Shown here: one piece after another, positions 27,377-37,128 of the stretch | Layout: each line of letters starts with the position of its first letter | Position numbering within the stretch: position 1 is the first letter of the stretch | NCBI GenBank assembly: GCA_020346285.1 | Contig: CP070780.1 | Coordinates: 164,265-223,882 of the forward strand | DNA: 59,618 bases | From: Candidatus Omnitrophota bacterium | GTDB lineage: Bacteria; Omnitrophota; Gorgyraeia; JABMRN01; RBG-13-46-9 | Direction of reading: 5' to 3' | Notes under the pieces: model-generated | The model's input: only the letters and a program-made list of their open reading frames with translations | Database searches by the model: none | Told to the model about the DNA's origin: nothing | Translations under genes and position numbers: made by a program

Positions 27377-28683
27377 TATCAGAAATTTAAAGCAGAAAAT
27401 AGAATGTAAGAAAGCAACTGTAGGTATAATAGGATTGGGCTATGTAGGGTTTCCGCTTGCTTTAACGTTTGCCAAGAATGGTTTTGGTGTTATCGGGATC
27501 GATATAGATAAAGATAGAATAAAAAAAATAAAGAAAGGTATTTCTTATATTACAGATGTTCCTAATACCGAGCTTAAGAATACCCTAAAGAAGAAAAAAT
27601 TTAAGGTCACCCAGGATGTTAAATCCATAAAGAAATTAGATGCCGTAATTATCTGCGTTCCGACACCGTTAGGTAAAGATAGAACACCCGATATTTCTTA
27701 TATAAGAGAAGCCGTTAGTAAAGTTAAAGACAATATACGGAAGGGACAAAATAGTTGTTCTCGAATCGACAACATATCCGGGAACGACAAAGGAGATACT
27801 TTTGCCGATATTGGAATCGACCGGTCTTAAAGAAGGAAAAGATTTTTATCTCGCTTTTTCTCCCGAAAGGATAGACCCAGGCAATGAAGTTTACAAGACA
27901 GAAAATACCCCGAAAATCATAGGCGGCCTTTCCAAAAAATCAACCCAGATTGCCAAGCTTCTTTACGATCAGGTTATAGAAGAGGTTATTCCCGTTTCCT
28001 CGGCAAACGCAGCAGAAATGGTAAAATTACTGGAGAATACGTTTCGAGTCGTAAACATCGCTCTTGTTAATGAAATAGCGACGCTATGCGATAAGCTTAA
28101 CATTGACATCTGGGAGATTATAAATGCGGCAAAAACCAAACCCTATGGCTTTATGCCTTTTTATCCGGGACCAGGGGTGGGGGGACATTGTATCCCGATT
28201 GACCCCTTGTATTTATCCTGGAAGGCGAAAGAACACGGATTTGAAACAAAATTTATAGATTTAGCCTCTTCTGTAAATGAATCCATGCCGCAATATATGA
28301 TAGAAAGATTAGAAAAGATATTATCTAATAGAAGAAAAATAATAGATAAATCGAAAATACTCATAATTGGAGTAGCTTATAAAAAAGATGTAATGGATTT
28401 GAGGGAATCGCCGGCTATAGCCGTTATAAATCTTTTGCAGAAAAGGGAAGCAAACATTTCTTACTTCGATCCTTATTTTCCTTTTCTCAAAATCAACAGT
28501 ATCGATATGAAACCCATAAGATTAAACGCCAATAACTTGAAAAAATATGACTGCGCACTGGTTATGACAGACCATTCAAACGTGGATTATAAATTTTTAG
28601 TGGATAACCTGAAACTTATTTTTGACACAAGAAATATCTTTGGCAAGCTGGGAATAAAGTCGAGAAATATAATTAAACTATAA
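27363..28683 (+). pseudogene. UDP-N-acetyl-hexosamine 6-dehydrogenase family (TviB/WbpA/WecC-like) interrupted by a 1-nt frameshift
   Basis: ORFs 27363..27830 and 27802..28683 together encode one enzyme (VGIIGLGYVGFPLAL; PGPGVGGHCIPIDP). At A-run 27748-27751 the first frame reads RKGQ-NSCS. The other frame carries the conserved continuation IVVLESTTYPGTTKEILLPILESTGL. One fewer A would restore the reading frame. Confidence 0.8.
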
Positions 28684-28701
28684 ATCCAAGGAGATTCTAG
28701 C

Positions 28702-29247
28702 GTGAAAAAAACTTTAAGGACAACTCTGTGGTTTACGGGGCTTCCTTGTTCCGGGAAGACAACTTTGGCAAAAAGGTTAAAGGACCAGCTGGATAGGAAG
28801 GGGTTCGATACTACGCATCTTGATGGGGATGAAATAAGAGAGTCCTTAAATAAAGATTTAGGATTTTCCGAAGAGGACAGAAAAGAAAATTTAAGGCGGG
28901 TAGCTCATATCGCCAAACTTTTTAACCGGAGCGGTATATTTGTTATCGCGTCTTTTGTATCACCGACTAATGACTTAAGGAAAATGGTGAAGAAAATCAT
29001 AGGCGATTTTAAGCTGGTATATGTTAAATGCGACATAGACGAATGTAAAAAAAGAGACACCAAGGGAATGTATAAACGCGCGAGGCTCGGTGAAATTCCT
29101 GAATTTACAGGAATTTCCGCGCCTTTTGAAGAGCCGGACAGTGCCGATATGGTCGTTGATACTCGGAGAAACAATATAGAAGAGTGTGTAAAAATGGTTC
29201 TTGATAAATTAAATATCGGAAGCCAAAAAAGGATTTTAACAACATGA
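28702..29247 (+). CDS. cysC: adenylyl-sulfate (APS) kinase family P-loop kinase
   Basis: LWFTGLPCSGKTTLAKRL P-loop, LDGDEIR, FSEEDRKENLRRVAHIAKLF. GTG start 8 nt after the RBS aaggag. 181 aa. The true substrate could differ (see findings). Confidence 0.75.
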   Translation: MKKTLRTTLWFTGLPCSGKTTLAKRLKDQLDRKGFDTTHLDGDEIRESLNKDLGFSEEDRKENLRRVAHIAKLFNRSGIFVIASFVSPTNDLRKMVKKIIGDFKLVYVKCDIDECKKRDTKGMYKRARLGEIPEFTGISAPFEEPDSADMVVDTRRNNIEECVKMVLDKLNIGSQKRILTT

Positions 29248-30182
29248 ATACTTATTTAGTTACAGGTGGCGCCGGTTTCATTGGTTCCAACATTGTGGAA
29301 AGGCTGGTTCAAAAAGGCGAGAAAGTGATGGTTTTAGACAATCTAAGAGAAGGCAAGCTTGAGAATTTAGACACCGTAATGGATAAAATTACTTTTATAA
29401 AAGGCGATATCAGAAATGAAAAAGATCTCGATAAAGCCCTGAAGGAAGTGGACTTTGTGCTCCATCAGGCCGCCTTGAGGTCTGTACCCAAATCCATGGA
29501 ACGTCCCCTTGAATATAATGATGTAAATGTAAGCGGGACCTTAAAGCTTTTAATAAAAGCCAGAGAAAAGAAAATAAAAAGGCTTGTTTTTGCGTCTTCA
29601 AGTTCGGTCTACGGAGAAAGGGACAACTTCCCGGAAAGCGAAGAAGACAGCACAAACCCGATTTCTCCATATGCCTCTACCAAGTTAATGGGGGAGTATT
29701 ACTGCAGGCTATTTTCGAATGCATTTGGGCTTGAAACAGTGTGCTTAAGGTATTTTAACGTATTCGGTCCGAGGCAATCACTGGATAATCAATACGCAGT
29801 AGTTATCCCTAAATTTATTACGTGTATTTTAAATAACGAAAGCCCCCCGGTTCACGGAGACGGTTTGCAGGAGAGGGACTTTACTTTTGTGGCAAATGTT
29901 GTTGAGGCAAACATTAAAGCCGCAACCACAAAAAATATATCAGGCGAGGTATTTAACGTTGCCTGTGGCAACGCCACTTCTGTTTTAAGCATCGTGGACG
30001 CGGTGAATACAATTCTTGACAAAGATATTAAACCCCTATTTGAACCCAAAAGATCAGGCGATGTCAGAAAGACACTGGCGGATATAACAAGATTAAAGGC
30101 GAAATTAGATATAAACAACTTCGTGCAGTTTGACGAAGGATTTAGGCGGACCGTGGAGTGGTTTAAAAAAAGTTATAAGTGA
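29244..30182 (+). CDS. NAD-dependent UDP-sugar 4-epimerase (TviC/WbpP-like extended SDR)
   Basis: [31 protein letters not shown] (YxxxK), LRYFNVFGPRQ. ATGA overlap with the upstream gene. Confidence 0.65.
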   Translation: MNTYLVTGGAGFIGSNIVERLVQKGEKVMVLDNLREGKLENLDTVMDKITFIKGDIRNEKDLDKALKEVDFVLHQAALRSVPKSMERPLEYNDVNVSGTLKLLIKAREKKIKRLVFASSSSVYGERDNFPESEEDSTNPISPYASTKLMGEYYCRLFSNAFGLETVCLRYFNVFGPRQSLDNQYAVVIPKFITCILNNESPPVHGDGLQERDFTFVANVVEANIKAATTKNISGEVFNVACGNATSVLSIVDAVNTILDKDIKPLFEPKRSGDVRKTLADITRLKAKLDINNFVQFDEGFRRTVEWFKKSYK

Positions 30183-30193
30183 ACAATTAATAC

Positions 30194-31129
30194 ATGAAAA
30201 AGAAACTAATATTAATAACAGGCGGAGCAGGTTTTATTGGGTCGCATCTCTCTAGCTTCTTGATTAAAAAAGGGTATTTTGTGATATGCATGGATAATTT
30301 AATAACTGGCTCCAAGAATAATATCAAACATTTACTAAAACATAAAAACTTTAGATTCGTAAAACACGACGTGTCAAAATATATAAATATAAAAGGCAAA
30401 ATAGATTACGTTTTACACTTTGCTTCTCCTGCCAGCCCCGTTGATTATTTAAAATATCCGATAAAAACACTAAAGGTAGGTTCCTTGGGAACACATAATG
30501 CACTGGGAGTGGCCAAGAGAAAAAGTGCAAAATTTTTATTGGCTTCAACAAGCGAGGTATATGGAGATCCGCTTGTAAATCCTCAATCCGAAAAATATTG
30601 GGGCAACGTTAATCCTATAGGCGTGCGCGGTTGTTATGACGAATCGAAGAGATTTGCGGAAGCCATTACTATGGCTTATCACCGCACTCATAAGATAAAC
30701 ACAAAAATTGTACGTATATTCAATACATACGGCGAAAGGATGAGGAAAGAAGACGGTAGGGCAATACCTAATTTTATAAATCAGGTGCTAGAAAATAAAC
30801 CCATAACAGTTTATGGCAGTGGAACACAAACAAGAAGTTTCTGCTATATAAGAGATATGATAAATGGTATTTATAAGCTTATGTCTTCAGATTTAAATCA
30901 GCCTGTAAATATCGGAAATCAAAACGAAACCTCTATTCTAAAACTCGCAAATATAATCATAAAATTAACCGAATCCAAAAGCAAAATCGTGTATAAGCCT
31001 CTCCCAATAGATGATCCAAAAGTAAGAAAGCCCGATATAAGGTTGGCAAAATCTAGATTAAAATGGAGACCGAAAGTGTCCTTAAAGCAGGGATTGGTAG
31101 AAACTATCGAATATTTTAAAAAACTATGA
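30194..31129 (+). CDS. UDP-glucuronate decarboxylase (UDP-xylose synthase family)
   Basis: [31 protein letters not shown] (YxxxK), [10 protein letters not shown], as in UXS-type enzymes. 311 aa. Confidence 0.75.
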   Translation: MKKKLILITGGAGFIGSHLSSFLIKKGYFVICMDNLITGSKNNIKHLLKHKNFRFVKHDVSKYINIKGKIDYVLHFASPASPVDYLKYPIKTLKVGSLGTHNALGVAKRKSAKFLLASTSEVYGDPLVNPQSEKYWGNVNPIGVRGCYDESKRFAEAITMAYHRTHKINTKIVRIFNTYGERMRKEDGRAIPNFINQVLENKPITVYGSGTQTRSFCYIRDMINGIYKLMSSDLNQPVNIGNQNETSILKLANIIIKLTESKSKIVYKPLPIDDPKVRKPDIRLAKSRLKWRPKVSLKQGLVETIEYFKKL

Positions 31130-32274
31130 TACCGATACTCGATTTAAAAAGACAATATAAAACAATCGAAGACAAAGTAAAAGATATGCTACAGGAAATA
31201 GTAGAGAGTCAGTCGTTTGTATTGGGGAAGGAAGTAGAAAAGATCGAAGAAAACATCTCCCGGTACTGTGGCACAAAATTTGCAGTTGGCGTTGCCTCAG
31301 GCACAGATGCTTTGATTTTATCCTTGGCGGCGATGGGTATAGGGAAGGGCGACGAGGTAATCACGACACCCTTTACTTTTACGGCAACGGCCGAAGCTAT
31401 AGTGCACGCTGGCGCGAAACCGGTTTTTGTAGATATAGACCCAAAAACATATAACATAAACCCTGCACTTATCGAGAAGAAAATCACGAAAAGAACCAAA
31501 GCTATACTACCGGTCCATTTATACGGGCTATGTGCGGATATGGATCCTATCTTAAAAATAAGAGAGAAGCACGGTTTGAAAGTGCTTGAAGATTGCGCGC
31601 AGGCGATAGGCTCGAAATATAAAGGAAGAGCTACCGGCAGCATGGGCGATGGGGGCGCCATAAGCTTCTATCCAGGGAAGAACCTGGGATGTTTCGGTGA
31701 CGGCGGAATGGTAGTAACCAATGATAAAAAGATTTATGATAACATGAGGCTCCTTCGAAATCATGGCTCAGATAAAAGATATTACCACAAAGCTATCGGT
31801 TATAACAGCCGCCTGGACAACCTTCAGGCAGCTATATTAAATATAAAATTATCTCATCTTGATGGTTGGATAGAAAACCGCATTAAAATCGCGGAGTTCT
31901 TCACTAAAGAATTAAAGAATTTTCCTATTCAAACACCCTACACCCCTCCCGATTATAAACATTCTTTTCATCTCTATGTGTTAAGGACATCGCCGGCCGT
32001 AGAGATTATAAATTATTTAGCCGCAAAAGGCATAGAATCCAGAACTTATTATCCTGTGTCTTTACACCTTCAGGAGTGCTTTAATTTTTTAGGATACAAA
32101 AGAGGTGACTTCCCGGAGTCGGAAAAATTATCCCAAGGTAGCTTCGCCATTCCGATTTATCCTGAACTAACCTTGAAAGAAAAAACCTATATCGTAGATA
32201 CTATTAAGCAATTCCTTAATAAAACGTTTACAACGCTAAAAATAAAAAATGAAAATCACTTTTTTATACGTTAA
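31126..32274 (+). CDS. DegT/DnrJ/EryC1/StrS-family sugar aminotransferase (candidate PseC-equivalent by position only)
   Basis: [23 protein letters not shown]. Candidate PLP lysine in [25 protein letters not shown] overlap with the upstream gene. Confidence 0.8.
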   Translation: MIPILDLKRQYKTIEDKVKDMLQEIVESQSFVLGKEVEKIEENISRYCGTKFAVGVASGTDALILSLAAMGIGKGDEVITTPFTFTATAEAIVHAGAKPVFVDIDPKTYNINPALIEKKITKRTKAILPVHLYGLCADMDPILKIREKHGLKVLEDCAQAIGSKYKGRATGSMGDGGAISFYPGKNLGCFGDGGMVVTNDKKIYDNMRLLRNHGSDKRYYHKAIGYNSRLDNLQAAILNIKLSHLDGWIENRIKIAEFFTKELKNFPIQTPYTPPDYKHSFHLYVLRTSPAVEIINYLAAKGIESRTYYPVSLHLQECFNFLGYKRGDFPESEKLSQGSFAIPIYPELTLKEKTYIVDTIKQFLNKTFTTLKIKNENHFFIR

Positions 32275-33670
32275 TCCTAATAGATACACAGGCATCCCTG
32301 TAGGCCTCTCGTATCTTATCTCAATTTTGAAAAACGAAGGACACGAGCTTTCACTTTTTGATACGACTTTCTATGATTTCAATTACACCGATTTTAACCT
32401 TAGCGGAAACCTGCCACAAGCGGGTAAGGAAATAATCAACGGTTTTAAGCTTTTGGTAAAAAAGAAAAATCCGGATCTCGTAGGCGTAAGCTGTACCTCT
32501 GTGTGTTTAAATTTTGCTATTAAAATGCTGGAATCGCTAGAAAATAGACCTATAACTATTTTTGGTGGGGTCGGAGCCACGGTAGATTATACCGAATTAA
32601 TTAAAAAAGAAGTAGTTGATTATGTCTGCGTTGGATTTGGAGAGAAAACTTTGCCTATCTTCGTGAAAAATCTCGAAAATAAAAAAAGTGTCGAAGGTAT
32701 ACAAAACTTGGTTTATAAGAAGGAAAAGCAAGTAAAAATAAATGAGTTTTCTCAAATAGTGGATTTATCAAAAATTCCGATTCCCGATTGGAGCCTTTTT
32801 GACAAAAGACATTTTAAGAGAATTTTCAAGGGCAGGATTAAAAGATGGGGAAGCTTTCAACTCGTAAGAGGGTGTCCATTTAATTGCGCCTATTGTGTAA
32901 ACAATTATTATCACAAGACCCTGGGGATAAAAATAAACAGACTTCCCATTGAGAAGAGTATAGAGGAAATCAAAGTATTATCACAAAAATACCGACTCGA
33001 TATCATAAGGCTTTGCGATGAATGTTTCGGCTTCGGAAACCCGGAATATTACAGAAAATTTGCCAGGGCATATAAGAGGGAAGTAGGTCCGCCGACGATA
33101 GTAGCCACGAGGCCGGAAGCGATAACGCCGGAAACCATAGAAATATTGAAAGACCTAAAATGTATTTCTGTTTCTATCGGAATAGAGGCGGGTGACGAAG
33201 CCCAGAGGAAATGGATGCTGGATAGGAGAGTTTCCAACGAGATTATAAAAAGGGCATTTGATTTATTGTACAAAGCAGGGATTCGAACCTCGTCGTATAA
33301 TATAATCGGTTTTCCCGAAGACACAAGAAAGAAAATATTTGAAACAATAAAACTGAATAGGGAATGTAAGCCCGGCCATATAAATGTCTTTATATTCTCG
33401 CCCCTACCCAAAACCAAACTAAGGGATTATTGCCTGAAAAATGGTTTATTGGATACGACATCCGCAGTAGATTTTATAAAGAAAAGCATAGTTAAAAACA
33501 AAAACCTTACTAAGCAAGAACTATACGGGTTATTCCGCACTTTTGAATATTATATTAAACTGCCCGAATATGTATATCCTCTAATCAAGAGGGCCGAAAA
33601 GGGAGATAAAATCGGAAATATTATCTTTAACTTACTGAAGAAAGTGGCTATTTTGAGGTACGGTTACTAA
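32249..33670 (+). CDS. B12-binding-domain radical SAM protein (class B type)
   Basis: N-terminal B12-binding-like region (LVGVSCTS...TIFGGVGAT...VCVGFGE) followed by VRGCPFNCAYCVN. 26-nt overlap with the aminotransferase gene. Confidence 0.85.
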   Translation: MKITFLYVNPNRYTGIPVGLSYLISILKNEGHELSLFDTTFYDFNYTDFNLSGNLPQAGKEIINGFKLLVKKKNPDLVGVSCTSVCLNFAIKMLESLENRPITIFGGVGATVDYTELIKKEVVDYVCVGFGEKTLPIFVKNLENKKSVEGIQNLVYKKEKQVKINEFSQIVDLSKIPIPDWSLFDKRHFKRIFKGRIKRWGSFQLVRGCPFNCAYCVNNYYHKTLGIKINRLPIEKSIEEIKVLSQKYRLDIIRLCDECFGFGNPEYYRKFARAYKREVGPPTIVATRPEAITPETIEILKDLKCISVSIGIEAGDEAQRKWMLDRRVSNEIIKRAFDLLYKAGIRTSSYNIIGFPEDTRKKIFETIKLNRECKPGHINVFIFSPLPKTKLRDYCLKNGLLDTTSAVDFIKKSIVKNKNLTKQELYGLFRTFEYYIKLPEYVYPLIKRAEKGDKIGNIIFNLLKKVAILRYGY

Positions 33671-33699
33671 CCAGCATAAACAATAAATAGGGGGACACA

Positions 33700-34728
33700 A
33701 TGTTAGACAATAAAACCATTCTTATAACGGGTGGGACGGGTTCTTTTGGAAAGAAATTTACCGAAATAGCGTTTAAAGATTATAAACCGAAAAAGATAAT
33801 AATATTTAGCCGCGACGAATTTAAACAACACAAAATGGCAAAGAAATTTCCAACCTCAAAATTTAACATAAGGTATTTCATAGGGGATGTAAGAGACAGG
33901 GAAAGGCTTGAAAGAGCGTTTGAGAATATTGATTACGTTATACACGCCGCCGCGTTAAAACAAGTTCCTGCCCTTGAGTACAATCCGATTGAAGCGGTTA
34001 AAACAAACATTTTGGGGGCAAATAATATCGTTAACGCAGCCCTCGATAAAGGTATTGAGAAAGTAATCGCCCTATCAAGCGATAAGGCCGTGAATCCCGT
34101 AAATTTGTACGGCGCGACAAAATTAGTGGCGGAAAAAATATTTGTGGATGCCAATGCCTACGGCGGCAACCGTGTCAGGTTTTCTGTGGTGCGGTACGGC
34201 AATGTATTGGGTTCAAGGGGCAGCGTCATAGAACATTTCCTGAACCTTAAAAGCAAGAATATAAAAGAGTTCCCGATTACTGACCTGGAGATGACGCGTT
34301 TCTGGATGACGTTGGACGAGAGTGCCAAACTTGTAATCAGGGCGTTGCAAGAGACTGCGGGTGGTGAAATTTTCATTCCCAACATTCCTTCCATGAAACT
34401 CGTGGATTTAGCGAAGGCGACTGTGCCTGACTGTACCTTTAAGGTAATAGGGGTAAGGCCCGGAGAAAAAATTCATGAAAGTCTAATTTCCAGTGACGAA
34501 TCACGCAACACAAAGATATTTAACGGGCTATACGTGATTTTGCCACCATTTTTTCATACAAATGTTATCCCGAAGAAATATGAGAAGTTTTCTTCCGTGC
34601 CGAAGAACTTTATTTTCAGGAGTGATACAAACGATAGGTGGCTTACGGTGGAGGAAGTGCGCAAAATGATTTCAGGAGAGACTAAAGCTGCGGAGGTTAA
34701 AGAATGCCTGAAGACACCGCTCAATTAA
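33700..34728 (+). CDS. pseB: UDP-N-acetylglucosamine 4,6-dehydratase (inverting), PseB/FlaA1 type
   Basis: ILITGGTGSFGKKF, FIGDVRD, HAAALKQVP, YGATKLVAEK, VRYGNVLGSRGSV. 342 aa. The related FnlA/CapE enzymes cannot be fully excluded. Confidence 0.8.
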   Translation: MLDNKTILITGGTGSFGKKFTEIAFKDYKPKKIIIFSRDEFKQHKMAKKFPTSKFNIRYFIGDVRDRERLERAFENIDYVIHAAALKQVPALEYNPIEAVKTNILGANNIVNAALDKGIEKVIALSSDKAVNPVNLYGATKLVAEKIFVDANAYGGNRVRFSVVRYGNVLGSRGSVIEHFLNLKSKNIKEFPITDLEMTRFWMTLDESAKLVIRALQETAGGEIFIPNIPSMKLVDLAKATVPDCTFKVIGVRPGEKIHESLISSDESRNTKIFNGLYVILPPFFHTNVIPKKYEKFSSVPKNFIFRSDTNDRWLTVEEVRKMISGETKAAEVKECLKTPLN

Positions 34729-35348
34729 AAATATGGACCGGTAAATTCGGTAGGGAATACACGAACCGAAACACCCTTTCCCCGGATAAACTAGAAAAGC
34801 TTTACAGAGATAATTACGGCATAACAAGGACTGCCTTAAACAAGATGTTTCTGGATAAGCTGGATCGCTCTATGCGGATCCTTGAAGTAGGCTCGAACAT
34901 CGGGTTACAACTGGTGTGTCTTCAAAGGATGGGCTTTAAAAATTTGTACGGCATTGAATCGCAAGACTATGCGGTAGAGTTATGCAAAAAAAATACCAGA
35001 AACATTAAGATTATTAAGGGAAATGCCCTTAACCTGCCGTTTAAAGACGGGTATTTTGACCTTGTTTTTACCTCGGGGGTGCTTATACACATCAATCCAA
35101 GAGATATAAGAAAAGCAATGAAGGAAATACACCGCTCAAGCAATAAATATATATGGGGTTTTGAATATTATTCTAAAAAATATGAAGAAATTATCTATAG
35201 AGAGAAGAAAAACTTACTCTGGAAGGCAGACTTCCAGAAACTATACCTTGAGTCATTTAGTGATTTACGTTTAATAAAGAAAAAGCGCCTGAAATACCTG
35301 AAGAATCAAAATGTAGATATGATGTTTCTTCTCAAAAAAGGTAAATAA
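34704..35348 (+). CDS. class I SAM methyltransferase (resembles the pseudaminic-acid-cluster-associated methylase family)
   Basis: WTGKFGREYTNRN N-terminus and motif I ILEVGSNIGLQL. RBS ggaggt. Overlaps the pseB 3' end by 25 nt. Confidence 0.6.
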   Translation: MPEDTAQLKIWTGKFGREYTNRNTLSPDKLEKLYRDNYGITRTALNKMFLDKLDRSMRILEVGSNIGLQLVCLQRMGFKNLYGIESQDYAVELCKKNTRNIKIIKGNALNLPFKDGYFDLVFTSGVLIHINPRDIRKAMKEIHRSSNKYIWGFEYYSKKYEEIIYREKKNLLWKADFQKLYLESFSDLRLIKKKRLKYLKNQNVDMMFLLKKGK

Positions 35349-35351
35349 GCA

Positions 35352-36098
35352 ATGAAGATAGGTGCAATAGTTCAGGCAAGATATTCCTCGACAAGATTGC
35401 CGGGCAAGATTTTGAAGGAACTACCCTCTGGAAGTGGGATTACCGTATTGGATCAGGTTATTCGCCGGCTAAAAAGGTCTAAAAAAATAAATGAAATTAT
35501 TGTCAGCACAAGCCTTGAGAAAAGTGCCGATAGGATTCTTGCCGTAGCGAAACGGGAAGGCGTGGGGTATTTTAGGGGAAGCAAAGAAAATGTCCTATCG
35601 CGGTATTATTTGAGCGCCAAACGTAATAACTTAGACCTTATCGTAAGAATATGCAGCGACTGCCCGTGCATCGATCCGGGGGTGATAGATTCAGTTATAG
35701 AAAAACATATAAAGAAAAACGCGGATTACACCTCAAATACACTCGAGAGAACCTATCCGCGGGGACTCGACACAGAGGTTTTTAATTTTGATATTCTGGA
35801 GAAAACTTACAAGAATGCGAAAAAAAAATATGAAAAAGAACACGTTACGCCTTATATATGCGAAAACCCAACCCTTTTTAAAATCAGCCCCGTTACGGCG
35901 CCAAAAAAACTTTACGGGCCAGACATAAGAATTACATTAGATACGAATGAAGACTATGCGCTGCTTTGCGCGGTGTACAGCTTCTTATATACGCGAAATA
36001 AGTATTTTACCGCTTCTGATATTATCAGACTTTTTAAGAAAAAACCATGGCTTAAATTGATAAACAAAAACGTAATCCAAAAGAAAGTATCGGATTAA
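35352..36098 (+). CDS. SpsF/acylneuraminate-type cytidylyltransferase (candidate CMP-pseudaminic acid synthetase)
   Basis: GAIVQARYSSTRLPGKIL, FRGSKENVLSRYY, RICSDCPCIDP, YTSNT...YPRGLDTEVF. Confidence 0.6.
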   Translation: MKIGAIVQARYSSTRLPGKILKELPSGSGITVLDQVIRRLKRSKKINEIIVSTSLEKSADRILAVAKREGVGYFRGSKENVLSRYYLSAKRNNLDLIVRICSDCPCIDPGVIDSVIEKHIKKNADYTSNTLERTYPRGLDTEVFNFDILEKTYKNAKKKYEKEHVTPYICENPTLFKISPVTAPKKLYGPDIRITLDTNEDYALLCAVYSFLYTRNKYFTASDIIRLFKKKPWLKLINKNVIQKKVSD

Positions 36099-36246
36099 TG
36101 CGCCGTGAAAATATCTTTTCTCTATGATCAAAGGGGATGAATACGAGGTAATAAATTTTGGACTACCATTTAAGTCCAAAGAGTAATAGAGTACTAGCTG
36201 AAATTATGGCTGAGGAAATATTAAAAGCAAGGAATGTTCAGAACAA

Positions 36247-37128
36247 ATGAAAAAGCTTCTTATTACGGGCAGTTCCGGGATGCTGGGTAGTAGTTTGGTA
36301 TACGAAATCGGCGAGAAGTATAATATATACGGTATATATAGGAACCATCGGAATCCGGATTTAAAAAATCAATTTAAGGCCGACATAACCGATCGTAAAA
36401 AATTGGAAGACATCATTGGCGCCGTCAGGCCGGATTTTCTAATACACACCGCTGCATTAACTAACGTAGATACTTGCGAGAAAAATTTCGAATTAGCGCG
36501 TGCTACAAATTCACTGGCCACGCGAGATCTTGCGTCTATTCTTAAGTCATTAGGTACAAGGTTTATCTACATTTCAACGGAGTCTGTTTTTGACGGCAAA
36601 AAGGGAAATTACGATGAAACCGATGCGCCGTGCCCCATAAATAATTATGCAAAAACCAAACATGAAGGCGAAATATTTGTCGAACAATTATGCGATAATT
36701 TTGTTATTATTCGCACAACGATATTCGGCTGGAATCGCGTAAAAGAACCGGGGTCTTTCGCTGAATGGGTATACAAGAGTCTCCGAGATAAGCAAACAAT
36801 AAAGATGTTTACCGATGTAATATTCTCTCCAATTACCGTTAATACACTATCTTTATTAATAGACAGACTATTGCAAGCGGATTTTACGGGTACATTAAAT
36901 ATAGGTAGCAGGGATTCGGTAAGCAAGTGCAAATTCGGTATTTTTCTTGCCGAACTTTTCGGTTTTGATAAATCTTCCATAACACCCATTTCTGTAGATG
37001 GTTTCAAATTTGCCGCAAAAAGACCGAAGAATGTCAGCCTAAATGTGTCAAGGGCAGAGGGTATACTCGGCCCATTGCCGACGGTAGAAGATGAACTCGG
37101 GGTATTTCATGAGAAAAGAAGGCTCTAA
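36247..37128 (+). CDS. RmlD-like NAD(P)-dependent sugar reductase (SDR)
   Basis: LLITGSSGMLGS, YAKTKHEGE (YxxxK), IIRTTIFGWN. 293 aa. Confidence 0.65.
   Translation: MKKLLITGSSGMLGSSLVYEIGEKYNIYGIYRNHRNPDLKNQFKADITDRKKLEDIIGAVRPDFLIHTAALTNVDTCEKNFELARATNSLATRDLASILKSLGTRFIYISTESVFDGKKGNYDETDAPCPINNYAKTKHEGEIFVEQLCDNFVIIRTTIFGWNRVKEPGSFAEWVYKSLRDKQTIKMFTDVIFSPITVNTLSLLIDRLLQADFTGTLNIGSRDSVSKCKFGIFLAELFGFDKSSITPISVDGFKFAAKRPKNVSLNVSRAEGILGPLPTVEDELGVFHEKRRL

Noticed and set aside
27744-27753. Programmed +1 ribosomal frameshift in the TviB-like gene.
   Set aside because: There is no in-frame stop or rare-codon pause at the shift site; the first frame stays open for another ~75 nt. No upstream SD-like stimulator is evident. 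A simple indel in an A-run is more likely.
28702-29247. A complete Campylobacter-type O-methyl phosphoramidate (MeOPN) pathway around the CysC-like kinase.
   Set aside because: I saw no glutamine-kinase (PEP-utilising-like) or glutamine-amidotransferase-type homologs corresponding to Cj1418 and Cj1417 in the window. Only the kinase analogy is retained, as an alternative in the findings.
31209-31661. A 150-aa antisense ORF. Others like it include 40641..41057, 41208..41612, 17703..18092, 19751..20155 and 2645..3028.
   Set aside because: All lie opposite well-supported sense-strand genes and show no motifs. They are most likely codon-bias shadows.
36157-36180. A small hairpin (tttggact-N8-agtccaaa) as an intrinsic terminator after the PseF-like gene.
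   Set aside because: The stem is only 7-8 bp and AT-rich, and no U-tract follows. It is too weak to call.
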